The notes below the pieces were generated by a model. The model saw only the letters and a program-made list of their open reading frames with translations, was not told the DNA's origin and ran no database searches. The position numbers and the translations under genes are program-made. From assembly GCA_018334915.1 (NCBI GenBank), contig JAGXLB010000003.1, positions 1 to 53,401 of the forward strand: 53,401 nucleotides of DNA, read 5' to 3'. Each line of letters starts with the position of its first letter. Within the stretch, counting starts at the first letter, position 1. The stretch is from Candidatus Bipolaricaulota bacterium (GTDB lineage: Bacteria > Bipolaricaulota > Bipolaricaulia > M55B111). Below are positions 1-10,116 of the stretch, one piece after another.

Positions 1-27
1 GCCCTGGGGCTTCCTCGGCAAGTTTTG
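1..27 (+). mobile_element. Terminal fragment of an IS200/IS605-type element, cut by the window edge
   Basis: Bases 7-32 (GGGCTTCCTCGGCAAGTTTTGGTGAA) are identical to 44429-44454, the end of the 44-kb element and its GTGAA flank. Confidence 0.7.
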
Positions 28-134
28 GTGAAGCCCCGCGCTTGAAAAATATAGGGTTTTAAAATCTAGTGCCACGCTTAGCTGTTTGCTCGTGCAGTTG
101 TTACAGGTCTTGGGTGCGGCTAAAATTTAGGGCT

Positions 135-1076
135 ATGAAACACCGAAGAAGTACCCGGTTATATTTCAGTATGATCCCGGTTATCATCCTGCTGTCATTA
201 CTTGGCACGGGTCGGGCACTTTACAATATTGGCGAAACAATTAACGGTCAGGTTTACGATACACCGAGAGGGGAGGTTGGAACCGTTAATCCGGGGGACT
301 GGGACCTGCCGTTCGAAGACGTGGAGTTTAAGACGAGCGACGATCTCACGGTAAAAGGATGGTATGTTGACAACGAGGGTTCCACTAGGGCGGTGATTCT
401 GGCACCGGGTAAGGGAGCAAACAGGTGGGATATCCTTAGAGCGGCTCCTGTAATACGCCTCTACGAGAACAATTTCGACGTGTTATTGTTTGACCCCCGG
501 AGCACAGGAGAGAGTGACGGAGATAGATACGGATTTGGCTACTTTGAAAGTCAGGATATCGCTAACGCAGTAGAGTTCCTAAAAGAAGAGAAAGATGTGA
601 CGAGTGTTGGTGTGTGGGGCGCCTCGGCGGGAGCCTCAGCGGGAATAATAGCCGGCCTGGAGACTCCCGGAATAGACGCAATAGTAGCGGATAGCCCGTA
701 CGCGAACCTGAAGATCGCTGCCTCTAATTATGGTAAAGAAAGAGAGGATAAGGTTATGCAGATATTCTTTCCGTTCTACATGGGTATAGCAAGGTTTAGT
801 TTGAACTTTGACGTTTACGGAAAGACCAATCTGGTTGAAAGGGTAAAAAACCTCGAAACACCGCTCTTCCTGGTTCACGGTCTGGAAGATCGGGCACTTG
901 GACCTATAAATTCCCAATTAATATACGAAAATGCCGGAGGCCCCAAGCGGTTGTGGCTCGTAGAGGGAGCGTGGCACGTGGGTGCTCACGAAATATACCC
1001 CGAAGAGTATCTAAGAAGGGTAACATCGTTCTTTGATAATTATTTGATCAATGATAAGGGAGACCGGTCAGAGTGA
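135..1076 (+). CDS. Membrane-anchored alpha/beta hydrolase
   Basis: N-terminal hydrophobic segment, GASAG nucleophile elbow, HGLED acid motif and GAWH His; ATG at 135 preferred over the ORF-track start at 69. Confidence 0.85.
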   Translation: MKHRRSTRLYFSMIPVIILLSLLGTGRALYNIGETINGQVYDTPRGEVGTVNPGDWDLPFEDVEFKTSDDLTVKGWYVDNEGSTRAVILAPGKGANRWDILRAAPVIRLYENNFDVLLFDPRSTGESDGDRYGFGYFESQDIANAVEFLKEEKDVTSVGVWGASAGASAGIIAGLETPGIDAIVADSPYANLKIAASNYGKEREDKVMQIFFPFYMGIARFSLNFDVYGKTNLVERVKNLETPLFLVHGLEDRALGPINSQLIYENAGGPKRLWLVEGAWHVGAHEIYPEEYLRRVTSFFDNYLINDKGDRSE

Positions 1077-1085
1077 TTGACGTTA

Positions 1086-2174
1086 ATGAAAATTGACAGG
1101 CTGAAGATAACGAATTACCGGAATCTTGGGAATGTCGAGATCGTACCCAATCCAGGGCTAAATATAATTTTCGGCCCGAACGGCTCCGGAAAAACCAATT
1201 TTTGTGAGGCGATTCATTACGTCTCTACGGGGGATAACATAAAGGGGTCGCGACAAAGTGAGTTGATTAACTGGGATTCGGATTACGCCCTGGTCCGGAT
1301 GGGGCTGATTAGTGACGACGAGGTGGTTGTATACCTGAAGGAGGGAAAAGGGAAAGAAGTAAAGATCAACTCCAAATCCGGCAAGCAGTCGGAGGTTAAG
1401 TCTCTAGTCCCGACCCATACTTTCGTTCCCGAGGATCTTTACATTTCAAAAGGTCCACCGCGACGGAGACGGTCCCTGTTAAATCGCCATTTGAGCCAGC
1501 TGAACGAAGACTACGGCCACCTTCTTTCAGATTATAACGCAGAGCTGAAGAAAAAGAACACTCTCCTGAAACAGGACGAGATAAACGAGGACTTTTTGGA
1601 AGTTTTGAGCGAGAGGTTGATCGAACTTGGGGCACAGATAACCGTAGAAAGGATTAATTACCTGGGGGAATTGAATCAGTGTCTTCCCGATATTTACGGG
1701 CAGTTCGTTCGGACCGAACAGGAGCTTAATTTAAGTTATCCCGATGACGGTCTGATTAACTGTTCGAAAAAAGAAATAGTAGAGATGCTCTCGGATAAAC
1801 TCGAGCGTAATCGGGCAAAAGAATTAAACCGCGAGACCTCAGTAGTCGGTCCCCACAGGGATAAGTTCGAATTTCTTCTGGACGGGAAAAACCTCAGGAC
1901 CTTCGGGTCTCAGGGCGAGTTACGGACTGCTGTAATTGCAACGTACCTGGCCTACCTTGAGCTATACGAGGAAAAATTCAATGAGCTACCGATTCTCGTG
2001 CTGGACGACATCCTCAGCGAACTCGACAGGAGCAGAGGAGAGGCCTTTCTCGAAAACCTGCCGGAAGAACCACAGGTTTTCATGACCACTGCAACCAGAT
2101 CTCCTTCGTTCAGGAAATTATCCGGCGAGTTCACCGTTTTGAAGATTGAAAAGGGGAGGTTAGAGAAACAATGA
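1086..2174 (+). CDS. recF: DNA replication/repair protein RecF
   Basis: NYRN, Walker A GPNGSGKTN, GPHRD, GSQGE, LDDILSELD. Confidence 0.95.
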   Translation: MKIDRLKITNYRNLGNVEIVPNPGLNIIFGPNGSGKTNFCEAIHYVSTGDNIKGSRQSELINWDSDYALVRMGLISDDEVVVYLKEGKGKEVKINSKSGKQSEVKSLVPTHTFVPEDLYISKGPPRRRRSLLNRHLSQLNEDYGHLLSDYNAELKKKNTLLKQDEINEDFLEVLSERLIELGAQITVERINYLGELNQCLPDIYGQFVRTEQELNLSYPDDGLINCSKKEIVEMLSDKLERNRAKELNRETSVVGPHRDKFEFLLDGKNLRTFGSQGELRTAVIATYLAYLELYEEKFNELPILVLDDILSELDRSRGEAFLENLPEEPQVFMTTATRSPSFRKLSGEFTVLKIEKGRLEKQ

Positions 2175-2725
2175 CTCTCAACAGAGGATCTCTCGCGGCC
2201 ATCTTCAGAAAGAATAACCTCCTTTCCGAGTACGAAGAACAGGAACCAGTTTTCGTCTGGACAGAGATCGCGGGAGAACTCGGTAAGGTCGCCCGTCCGA
2301 AGAAGGTCCAGGGTAAAAGCCTTGTGTTAGAAGTCCCATCAGCAGCGGCAAAGCAGGAGTTATCTTTTCTGGAAGAAGAGTTCCTGGATAAACTGAATGA
2401 AAAGTTGACTCATTCGAAAATCGATAATTTAAAGTTCCAGCTGGGTCAGTTTTCGGAGAATACCGGAGGATCCGATGATAGTTACGATATAGAAGAAATT
2501 AGCCTTACGGACGAGGAGAGGGAGAAGATAAAAAAAGCTCTGGCGGATACCGATCTTGATTATCCTCTGAAGAAGAGTCTGAAATCCCTTCTCATTACTC
2601 AGCAGAAAAAAAGAAAGGTCAGGCTTAAACAGGGGTGGCACAAATGCCCGGCCTGCGGTGGAGTTTTTCCGGATTATAAGTGTTCTCATTGCGGGTTTGA
2701 TAGAAGGGAAGTTGATACTGGTTGA
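2171..2725 (+). CDS. DUF721/DciA-family protein with C-terminal Zn ribbon
   Basis: W..IAG...A.P...L.V...A.KQEL pattern, CPACG/CSHCG; ATGA overlap with recF (usual synteny). Confidence 0.75.
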   Translation: MTLNRGSLAAIFRKNNLLSEYEEQEPVFVWTEIAGELGKVARPKKVQGKSLVLEVPSAAAKQELSFLEEEFLDKLNEKLTHSKIDNLKFQLGQFSENTGGSDDSYDIEEISLTDEEREKIKKALADTDLDYPLKKSLKSLLITQQKKRKVRLKQGWHKCPACGGVFPDYKCSHCGFDRREVDTG

Positions 2726-2895
2726 CCGAGTCGGTAAACTTCTACAACCTCGGCTGGATAATTCACAATACGGTTTTGTTTGCCTGGATCCACATCACGT
2801 ATTGAGGGGTTACAGTTTTACATTTTTATTTTTGAACCTTTTAGTGGGGTATATTTATGTTAGCTAACGAGAAAAATCGCAAACCAGACAGGAAC

Positions 2896-3435
2896 ATGAT
2901 AGAAAGTACTACTATAATTGCAGTTAGAACACCAGAGAACCGCACAGCAGTAGTTGCTTCTGACGGACAGGCGACCATGGAGGATACCGTGGTAAAGAAT
3001 AATACGAACAAAGTCCGGGTACTTTACGATGGAGATGTATTGGCCGGGTTCGCCGGTTCAACTGCTGATGCAATGACTTTATTTGATAAATTCGAGGGCA
3101 AACTGGAACAGTACAGCGGTAAACTGGAAAGGGCCGCTGTGGAACTTACGAAAGAGTGGAGGACGGACAAGATACTGAGAAAACTGGAAGCTCTAATGGT
3201 CGTTGTCAATTCGGAATCCCTGCTTTTGATATCCGGAGCAGGAGACGTGCTTCGTCCGGATCACAACGTGATCGGTATTGGTTCCGGTGGTTCCTATGCC
3301 CTTGCAGCCGCTCGAGCTCTACTGGAAAACTCTCAGCTGTCGCCTGTCGAGGTGGCCAGAAAGTCGCTGCTTCTCACTTCCTCTATTGACGTATATACAA
3401 ACGATCAGTTATCGGTTGAATCGATCGAATGGTAA
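2896..3435 (+). CDS. hslV: ATP-dependent protease peptidase subunit HslV
   Basis: TTIIAV, DGQAT, GFAGSTADA, WRTDKILRKLEA, GSGG. Confidence 0.95.
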   Translation: MIESTTIIAVRTPENRTAVVASDGQATMEDTVVKNNTNKVRVLYDGDVLAGFAGSTADAMTLFDKFEGKLEQYSGKLERAAVELTKEWRTDKILRKLEALMVVVNSESLLLISGAGDVLRPDHNVIGIGSGGSYALAAARALLENSQLSPVEVARKSLLLTSSIDVYTNDQLSVESIEW

Positions 3436-3451
3436 GAGTTAAGGAGGAATA

Positions 3452-4822
3452 ATGATCAATTTACCGACAATACTCGATTCCGACAAGAAAGAATTAACTC
3501 CGCGGCAGATAGTTAATAAACTGGACGAGTACATAATAGGCCAGGACGAAGCCAAGCGGTCCGTAGCTATTGCGTTGAGAAACAGGGTCAGAAGACAGAG
3601 AGTCGAAGGCGAGATAAAGGAAGATATAAAGCCGAAGAATATCCTGATGATAGGTCCCACGGGGGTGGGGAAGTCGGAAATATCGCGCCGCCTGGCAAGT
3701 ATTGCTCAGGCCCCTTTTCTGAAGGTAGAAGCCACTAAGTTCACGGAAGTAGGGTATATGGGTCGGGATGTGGAGTCCATGATAAGGGACCTGATGAGTC
3801 GAGGTATAGAAATGGTCCGGCAGCACGAGGTGGAAAAGGTCGAAGAGGAAGCCCGGTCCATGGTCGAGGATAGAATACTGGACAAATTGTTGCCCGCGGA
3901 GGAGGCAAAGGAAGAACGGGCTGAAAGCCTGGAGCGGACCAGGGATAAGCTGAAGCGTAAACTTCGACAGGGAGATCTGGACGACCGCTACATAGAAGTC
4001 TCGGTAAAACAATCGAGCGTTCCGCAGGTGGAAGTCTTCTCCGATCAGGGTATGGATCAGATGGGGATCGACATGGGAAACATGCTAGGTAACATATTCC
4101 CGTCAAAAAAAGAAACCAAAAGAGTGAAGATAGAAAAGGCAAGAGATATTCTTTTCGACGAAGAAGTAGATAAGCTCCTTAACGAACAGGAGATCAAGCG
4201 TAGAGGGATCGAGCTTGCCGAAGAATCCGGAATAATATTTCTTGACGAGATAGACAAAATAGCCGGAGATAGACCCGGTGAGTCAGGTGGGAGCGGTCCA
4301 GGAGTTTCCAGACAGGGAGTTCAGCGGGACATATTGCCACTCCTTGAAGGCTCGACGGTTAGGAGCAAACAGGGAACCATTAATACCGAAAACATCCTAT
4401 TTATAACCGCCGGGGCGTTTAACGTCTCCAGTCCTTCGGATCTGATCCCCGAACTGCAGGGTCGGCTGCCGATCAGGGTCGAGCTCGATAGCCTGGACGC
4501 GCCCGAGTTCAAAAGAATTTTGACCGAGCCCAAAGACGCCCTTGTAAAACAGTACAGGGCATTACTGGACGTGGAAGAGGTAAATCTGGAGTTTACCGAG
4601 GGAGCTATAGACGAAGTAGCCCGGGCTTCCGCTAAGCTTAATGAAACCACGGAAAACATAGGGGCCAGACGACTGGAAACAGTAATGGAAAAATTGATGG
4701 AGGAAATTTCGTTCGATGCCCCGTCCATGGAACCGGGTGTTGAAGAAATAGATCGTGATTATGTTAAGGACAAGCTGGAAAGAATAATCGAAGATAGGGA
4801 TCTTTCCCGATACATTCTGTAA
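3452..4822 (+). CDS. hslU: ATP-dependent protease ATPase subunit HslU
   Basis: GPTGVGKSE, EATKFTEVGY, DEIDK, GVQRDILP, C-terminal DLSRYIL. Confidence 0.97.
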   Translation: MINLPTILDSDKKELTPRQIVNKLDEYIIGQDEAKRSVAIALRNRVRRQRVEGEIKEDIKPKNILMIGPTGVGKSEISRRLASIAQAPFLKVEATKFTEVGYMGRDVESMIRDLMSRGIEMVRQHEVEKVEEEARSMVEDRILDKLLPAEEAKEERAESLERTRDKLKRKLRQGDLDDRYIEVSVKQSSVPQVEVFSDQGMDQMGIDMGNMLGNIFPSKKETKRVKIEKARDILFDEEVDKLLNEQEIKRRGIELAEESGIIFLDEIDKIAGDRPGESGGSGPGVSRQGVQRDILPLLEGSTVRSKQGTINTENILFITAGAFNVSSPSDLIPELQGRLPIRVELDSLDAPEFKRILTEPKDALVKQYRALLDVEEVNLEFTEGAIDEVARASAKLNETTENIGARRLETVMEKLMEEISFDAPSMEPGVEEIDRDYVKDKLERIIEDRDLSRYIL

Positions 4823-4863
4823 TTTTAAACAGAGCAAAAATTCTTTTATCAGGGGTGAATAAA

Positions 4864-6789
4864 ATGAAGCTTACCCTGCCGGACGGAGACGAGTTGGAAA
4901 TCGAAGAAGGAAAAAGAGTAATCGATATTGCCTACGATATAGGACCTGGATTGGGTGACGCTACGGTGGGGGCTACGCTGGACGGTGAATTGCTCGATCT
5001 GAGAGACGAAGTGGTTGACGAGGGTGAGTTCGAGATAATCACTATAGATTCACCCAGGGCGGTAGAAATTATAAGACATACCGCGTCTCACGTCCTGGCT
5101 CAGGCCGTCAAGCGGCTGTATGACGACGTAAAACTGGCGATAGGCCCGTCAATAGAGGACGGGTTTTATTACGACTTCGATCTTCCGGAAACCCTGTCGG
5201 AGGATGATTTCGACGAGATCAAAAAGGAAATGAGGAAGATTGTAGAGGAAGAGTACGAGATAGAGAGGTTTGTTCTGACTGCTGCCGAGGCAAAAGAACA
5301 CCTCCAGGAACAGGACGAGGAGTACAAGCTGGAACTTCTGGACGAATTCGTTTCCGAGGGCGAGGAAGAGGTAACTTTTTACCGGCAGGACGGGTTCACG
5401 GATCTATGTGAGGGACCTCACCTCAGGAATACCGGTCAACTTGAACACTTTGAACTTCTCGACGTTGCCGGTGCTTACTGGAGAGGCGACGAGGATAACA
5501 TTATGCTGCAGCGGGTTTACGGTACTGCCTTTACCGAGGAAAAGGAATTAAATGAATATATCGAAAGGCAGGAAGAAGCAAAGGAACGGGACCACAGGAA
5601 ACTGGGACCTGAACTGGATCTGTTTACTTTCCATCCCGAAGTCGGGCCCGGTCTTGTCTACTGGCATCCGAAGGGAACCGAAATGCTCAACGTTATCAAG
5701 GATTTCTGGCGGGCCAAACACAGGGAAGCCAACTACGAATTCGTCTCCACTCCTCACATAGGGAAGAGCGATCTCTGGAAAAAGAGTGGACATCTTGATT
5801 ACTTTCGAGAGGACATGTTTCCGCCTATGCGGGAAGATAATCAGGAGTACTTTCTCAAACCGATGAATTGTCCGTTTCACGTGCAGATATATCAGAGCCG
5901 CACCAGAAGTTACAGGGACTTGCCTCTTCGATGGGCCGAACTCGGTACAGTATATCGCCACGAGAGATCCGGAGTTCTCCATGGATTACTCAGGGCCAGG
6001 GGATTTACTCAGGACGATGCTCATATTATAGCGACCCCCGATCAGGTAAAAGAAGAAGTCACGGGAGTTCTTAATCTTACTTTCGATATACTCTCCGCTT
6101 TTGGGTTCGAAGACTACGAGGTAGCACTTTCGACCAAACCGGAAAAGTCCGTGGGTGACGAAGATAAATGGGAGAAAGCAACAGAAGCGCTGAAGGAAGC
6201 GATAGTAGATCTCGGACTTGATTACAATGTTGAGAAAGGCGAAGGGGCGTTCTATGGGCCAAAGATTGACGTTCATTTAGAGGACGCTCTCGGTCGATTA
6301 TGGCAGACCACCACGGTCCAGTTTGACTTCAACCTGCCCGAGAGGTTTGACATGACTTATATGGGATCCGACGGAGAGGAGCACCGGCCATACATGATTC
6401 ACCGGGCCTTACTCGGAACCCTGGAGAGGTTTTTCGGAATTCTGGTCGAGCACTACAAGGGAGCTTTTCCTGTTTGGCTTTCTCCACTTCAGGCTGTGGT
6501 ATTGCCTGTAACTGAGGATAACAACGAATACGCGGAAGAAGTCGCCGGAAAGATATCCGAGTCCGGGATCAGGGTAGAGGCAAAGACCGACGTGGACGAG
6601 AACCTGTCTCGCCAGATTCACGAGGCTCAACTGGAAAAGATTCCTTACATGCTGGTGGTTGGTGATAGAGAAGAGGAATCCGGGGAGGTTTCACTCAGGC
6701 TACGGACGGAAGAAGATCTTGGTCCGAGACCGCTGGACGAATTCATCGATTTCGCTGAAGAGAAGATTCGAGACAAAGCCCTGATCTGA
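4864..6789 (+). CDS. thrS: Threonine--tRNA ligase
   Basis: TGS domain, RHTASH, DLCEGPH editing motif, KPMNCP, GAFYGPK, anticodon-binding domain. Confidence 0.97.
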   Translation: MKLTLPDGDELEIEEGKRVIDIAYDIGPGLGDATVGATLDGELLDLRDEVVDEGEFEIITIDSPRAVEIIRHTASHVLAQAVKRLYDDVKLAIGPSIEDGFYYDFDLPETLSEDDFDEIKKEMRKIVEEEYEIERFVLTAAEAKEHLQEQDEEYKLELLDEFVSEGEEEVTFYRQDGFTDLCEGPHLRNTGQLEHFELLDVAGAYWRGDEDNIMLQRVYGTAFTEEKELNEYIERQEEAKERDHRKLGPELDLFTFHPEVGPGLVYWHPKGTEMLNVIKDFWRAKHREANYEFVSTPHIGKSDLWKKSGHLDYFREDMFPPMREDNQEYFLKPMNCPFHVQIYQSRTRSYRDLPLRWAELGTVYRHERSGVLHGLLRARGFTQDDAHIIATPDQVKEEVTGVLNLTFDILSAFGFEDYEVALSTKPEKSVGDEDKWEKATEALKEAIVDLGLDYNVEKGEGAFYGPKIDVHLEDALGRLWQTTTVQFDFNLPERFDMTYMGSDGEEHRPYMIHRALLGTLERFFGILVEHYKGAFPVWLSPLQAVVLPVTEDNNEYAEEVAGKISESGIRVEAKTDVDENLSRQIHEAQLEKIPYMLVVGDREEESGEVSLRLRTEEDLGPRPLDEFIDFAEEKIRDKALI

Positions 6790-6978
6790 AAATTGCCTCA
6801 GAGGTAAATTGTGTACTTGGGCAATGGATTTCCTGCTCAGTTCTTTCACCAACGTTGTACACAATTATTTTGTTCTCATGTGCCTCATGCCCCTTACCTG
6901 GCTGCCGGGATTTTGTCTACTGGTAAGATTTTAAGGTTAAATCAGTCTGCTATTGTAAAGGGCAGGGGAGTTGTGTCA

Positions 6979-8163
6979 TTACAGCAACTTTTCCCTGAGA
7001 TCTTCCTTTCTGTCCGTCTTTTCCCAGGCAAGACCCAGTTCTTCTCGACCAAAATGTCCGTAAGCGGATAGAGGGGTGTATATCGGCCGCCTCAGCTGAA
7101 ATTTATCTATTATCGCCGCAGGTCTCATGTCGAATACCTCTTTGGCCGCTTCAACTATCCTGTCGTCCCCCAGGTCGCTGGTGCCAAAAGTATCTATGGT
7201 TACAGCCAGAGGATTCGCTTTCCCTATGGTGTAAGCAATCTGGACTTCACACTCTTCGCTTATTCCCGAAGCTACTATGTTTTTTGCGACGTAGCGGGCC
7301 ATATAGGAACCGGAGCGGTCTACTTTGGTCGGATCCTTACCCGAATAAGCTCCACCTCCGTGGCTTCCATATCCACCGTAGGTATCCACTATGATTTTTC
7401 TCCCTGTCATTCCGGCATCTGCCGGCGGCCCCCCTTTTACGAATTTACCCGAAGAGTTGACAAATATATTAGTGTCTTCGTCAAGCCACCTGCCTATAAC
7501 CGGTTTGATAACTTTGCCAAGAAGCTTCCTCGCAAGGTCTTCTTCGTCCAGCTCGGGATCGTGCTGGGCAGCAAGGATGACCGTATCGGCTCTTATTGGC
7601 TTTCCCTCTTCGTACTCGATAGTCACCTGAGATTTGCCATCGGGTCTAAGGTGTGGAATCAGTTCGGTCCTGCGAGCTTCCGTGAGTTTCTTGGTCAACC
7701 GATGGGCGAGAGTAATGGGTAAGGGCATATAAGATTTGGTCTCTTTACAGGCATATCCGTAAACTATGCCCTGATCGCCTGCTCCGAGTTCGTCGTAATG
7801 ATTTTTTTTGTCTTTTCCTTCTCGGACCTCCTGGGCTTCACTTACTCCCTGTGAAATATCGGGAGACTGTTCGTCTATGCTGGTAAGTACGGCGCAGTCC
7901 TCTCCGTCGAATCCGTATTTGTTATCGTTGTAACCAACGTCCAGTACAGTGTTTCTGGCTACTGTTGGAATGTCCACGTAGGTTTCCGTAGTGATTTCTC
8001 CCCCAATCAGGACCAAACCCGTACTAACGAAGGTTTCGCAGGCAACTCTTCCATGAGGATCGTTTTTAAGGACACTATCCAGAACCGCATCTGATATTCT
8101 GTCGGCGACTTTATCGGGGTGCCCCTCCGTTACCGATTCAGAAGTAAAATATCTTCCTTTCAT
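6979..8163 (-). CDS. metK: S-adenosylmethionine synthetase
   Basis: FTSESVTEGHPDK, GAGDQG, GGGAYSGKD; ATG at 8163. Confidence 0.97.
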   Translation of the reverse strand: MKGRYFTSESVTEGHPDKVADRISDAVLDSVLKNDPHGRVACETFVSTGLVLIGGEITTETYVDIPTVARNTVLDVGYNDNKYGFDGEDCAVLTSIDEQSPDISQGVSEAQEVREGKDKKNHYDELGAGDQGIVYGYACKETKSYMPLPITLAHRLTKKLTEARRTELIPHLRPDGKSQVTIEYEEGKPIRADTVILAAQHDPELDEEDLARKLLGKVIKPVIGRWLDEDTNIFVNSSGKFVKGGPPADAGMTGRKIIVDTYGGYGSHGGGAYSGKDPTKVDRSGSYMARYVAKNIVASGISEECEVQIAYTIGKANPLAVTIDTFGTSDLGDDRIVEAAKEVFDMRPAAIIDKFQLRRPIYTPLSAYGHFGREELGLAWEKTDRKEDLREKLL

Positions 8164-8302
8164 TGTTTCACCCTTTAACGAGCAAAATATTAGCAAAGTG
8201 TAAAAAATAAGTTTCAGTTCGTCAACTAGTGAGGTTACCAGGAGAACTGTTAGCAAACGTTGTGAAAATATTGAGTAAGGGGGAGAGAATACGGATTAAT
8301 GA

Positions 8303-8330
8303 TTGAACCTTTTCTCGATTTTTGTATAAT
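8303..8330 (+). promoter_or_regulatory. Putative sigma70-type promoter for the mttB-family gene
   Basis: TTGAAC-16 nt-TATAAT. Confidence 0.45.
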
Positions 8331-8508
8331 GCGATTATATTCATAAACGTGACAAAAAAATAGCTGCGAAGCAACTGATGATTTCGGTTGATTTGCGTAG
8401 AGGTAATTATTAGTTGTAGAATAGCTGGGACAGTGACTGATACGGGGTAATCACCAACTTGAGTCGGTTAGTTCTGGCACTTTAAAAGCGAAAGAACAGG
8501 GAGGAACT

Positions 8509-9927
8509 ATGATAGAACAGAATTTTTTAACCAGGGATCTACTTTCGGAAGAGGACATCGATCTGATACATGAAACTTCACTGGAAATATTTGAGGAGAC
8601 AGGTGTTGAGATCCATAACGAGCAAGCCAGAGAGGTATTTGAGGATCACGGAGCCCGGGTAGAAGGAGAGAAAGTATTTTTACCGGGTGAACTGGTCGGG
8701 GAATATCTGGAAAAGGTGCCTTCGTCCTTTACCCTTCACGCGAGGAATCCCGACAATAACGTAGAAATCGGGGGAAATAATGGAGTTCTGGCACCGGGTT
8801 ATGGCGCTCCATGGGTAACGGGAATGGACGGTAACAAGCGTGACGCGACCTACGAGGACTACGGGAACTTCACGAAGTTATCTCATGATAGCGATAATCT
8901 GGACGTCCTTGGTGGCGTATTGGTAGAACCGACGGATTTAGCTGAAGAAGAGAGACACGTGAAAATGATGTATGCCGGGGCAAAGTACTCCGACAAGCCT
9001 TTGATGGGAAGTGCGCTGGGTAAGAAGAAGGCAAGAGAAGCCATGCAGATGGCCAGCATTCTCATGGGGGAAGAAGAGATAATACGTGATCGTCCTGTAG
9101 TAATTACGTTAATAAGTACCACGAGCCCGCTGGGCTACGATAACCGGATGCTAGAATCTCTCATAGAACACGCAAGGTTTAATCAACCTACGGTCATTGC
9201 TTCTCTTATTATGGCTGGCTCGACTGGTCCGGTCACCGTTCCCGGCACGATAACACTTCAGAACGTAGAAGTTCTGACCGGAATCGTCCTTTCTCAGATG
9301 GTGAATCCTGGAACTCCCGTCGTTTACGGCTCCGCTTCAACTATAGTGAACATGAATACCGGCGATCTTGCCGTTGGGAGCCCTGAGTACGCCAAATTTA
9401 TCGGAGCTACTGCCCAGCTTGCCCGGCACTACGACGTACCGGGTCGAGGTGGTGGTTCCACTACTGATTCCCTGATAGCGGATGGTCAGGCGGGGTACGA
9501 GTCGATGATGATATTTAACGCTTCAATGGGGCACGGCACGGACTTCGTACTCCATTCGGCCGGACTGCTCAAGAACTATATGGCTATGTCCTACGAGAAA
9601 TTCGTCATGGACGACGAAATCCTGGATATGGTAAATAATTACCAGAAAGGTCTGGACGTAACAGAAGAAACCGTTGCGAAAGATGCAATCCAGAATGTGG
9701 GCCATTCGGGCCATTACCTAAAAGAGCCGTCCACCATAAAATACATGAAAGATTTTCGGGACCCGGCCTTGAGCAATAGAAAGGGCTTCGATTCAGAGGA
9801 AGCCTCAAAATCCACAAAAGAGCGAGCCCACGAGCTCTACGAATCGATACTGGCCGATTTCGAGGCTCCGCCGTTGGATCCCGAGATCGACGAGAAACTT
9901 CAGGATTACATGGACCGAGTTACCTGA
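8509..9927 (+). CDS. mtgB: Trimethylamine methyltransferase (MttB) superfamily, non-pyrrolysine; probable glycine betaine:corrinoid methyltransferase
   Basis: F.LHARNP, APGYGAP, SPLGYD, NPGTPVVYG, PGRGGG..TDS...DGQAGYES; no in-frame TAG. Confidence 0.8.
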   Translation: MIEQNFLTRDLLSEEDIDLIHETSLEIFEETGVEIHNEQAREVFEDHGARVEGEKVFLPGELVGEYLEKVPSSFTLHARNPDNNVEIGGNNGVLAPGYGAPWVTGMDGNKRDATYEDYGNFTKLSHDSDNLDVLGGVLVEPTDLAEEERHVKMMYAGAKYSDKPLMGSALGKKKAREAMQMASILMGEEEIIRDRPVVITLISTTSPLGYDNRMLESLIEHARFNQPTVIASLIMAGSTGPVTVPGTITLQNVEVLTGIVLSQMVNPGTPVVYGSASTIVNMNTGDLAVGSPEYAKFIGATAQLARHYDVPGRGGGSTTDSLIADGQAGYESMMIFNASMGHGTDFVLHSAGLLKNYMAMSYEKFVMDDEILDMVNNYQKGLDVTEETVAKDAIQNVGHSGHYLKEPSTIKYMKDFRDPALSNRKGFDSEEASKSTKERAHELYESILADFEAPPLDPEIDEKLQDYMDRVT

Positions 9928-10116
9928 TCCGGTCCTGTATATTCGGCCAGTCAATCATCAAGAAAGCTTGCTATAATAAGATTAATTATGGCATATGGAG
10001 TTATCAGGATAGTGCAATATCGAAACTGACTCTCAGCTTCGGTATTGACACTACCGATCAACTTAACAATTGGCACTAACCAAACTATCACCAATAAATC
10101 CTAACAGGAGGAGTTC

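Noticed and set aside
2838-2866. dif-like TTATGTTAGCT before hslV
   Set aside because: Only a partial XerD arm and no matching XerC arm.
4823-4863. T-box upstream of thrS
   Set aside because: The gap is only about 40 nt, too short for a T-box leader.
8164-8508. SAM riboswitch upstream of metK
   Set aside because: I could not find the SAM-I consensus on the minus strand.
8509-9927. Pyrrolysine recoding in the MttB homolog
   Set aside because: The ORF is full length with no in-frame TAG.
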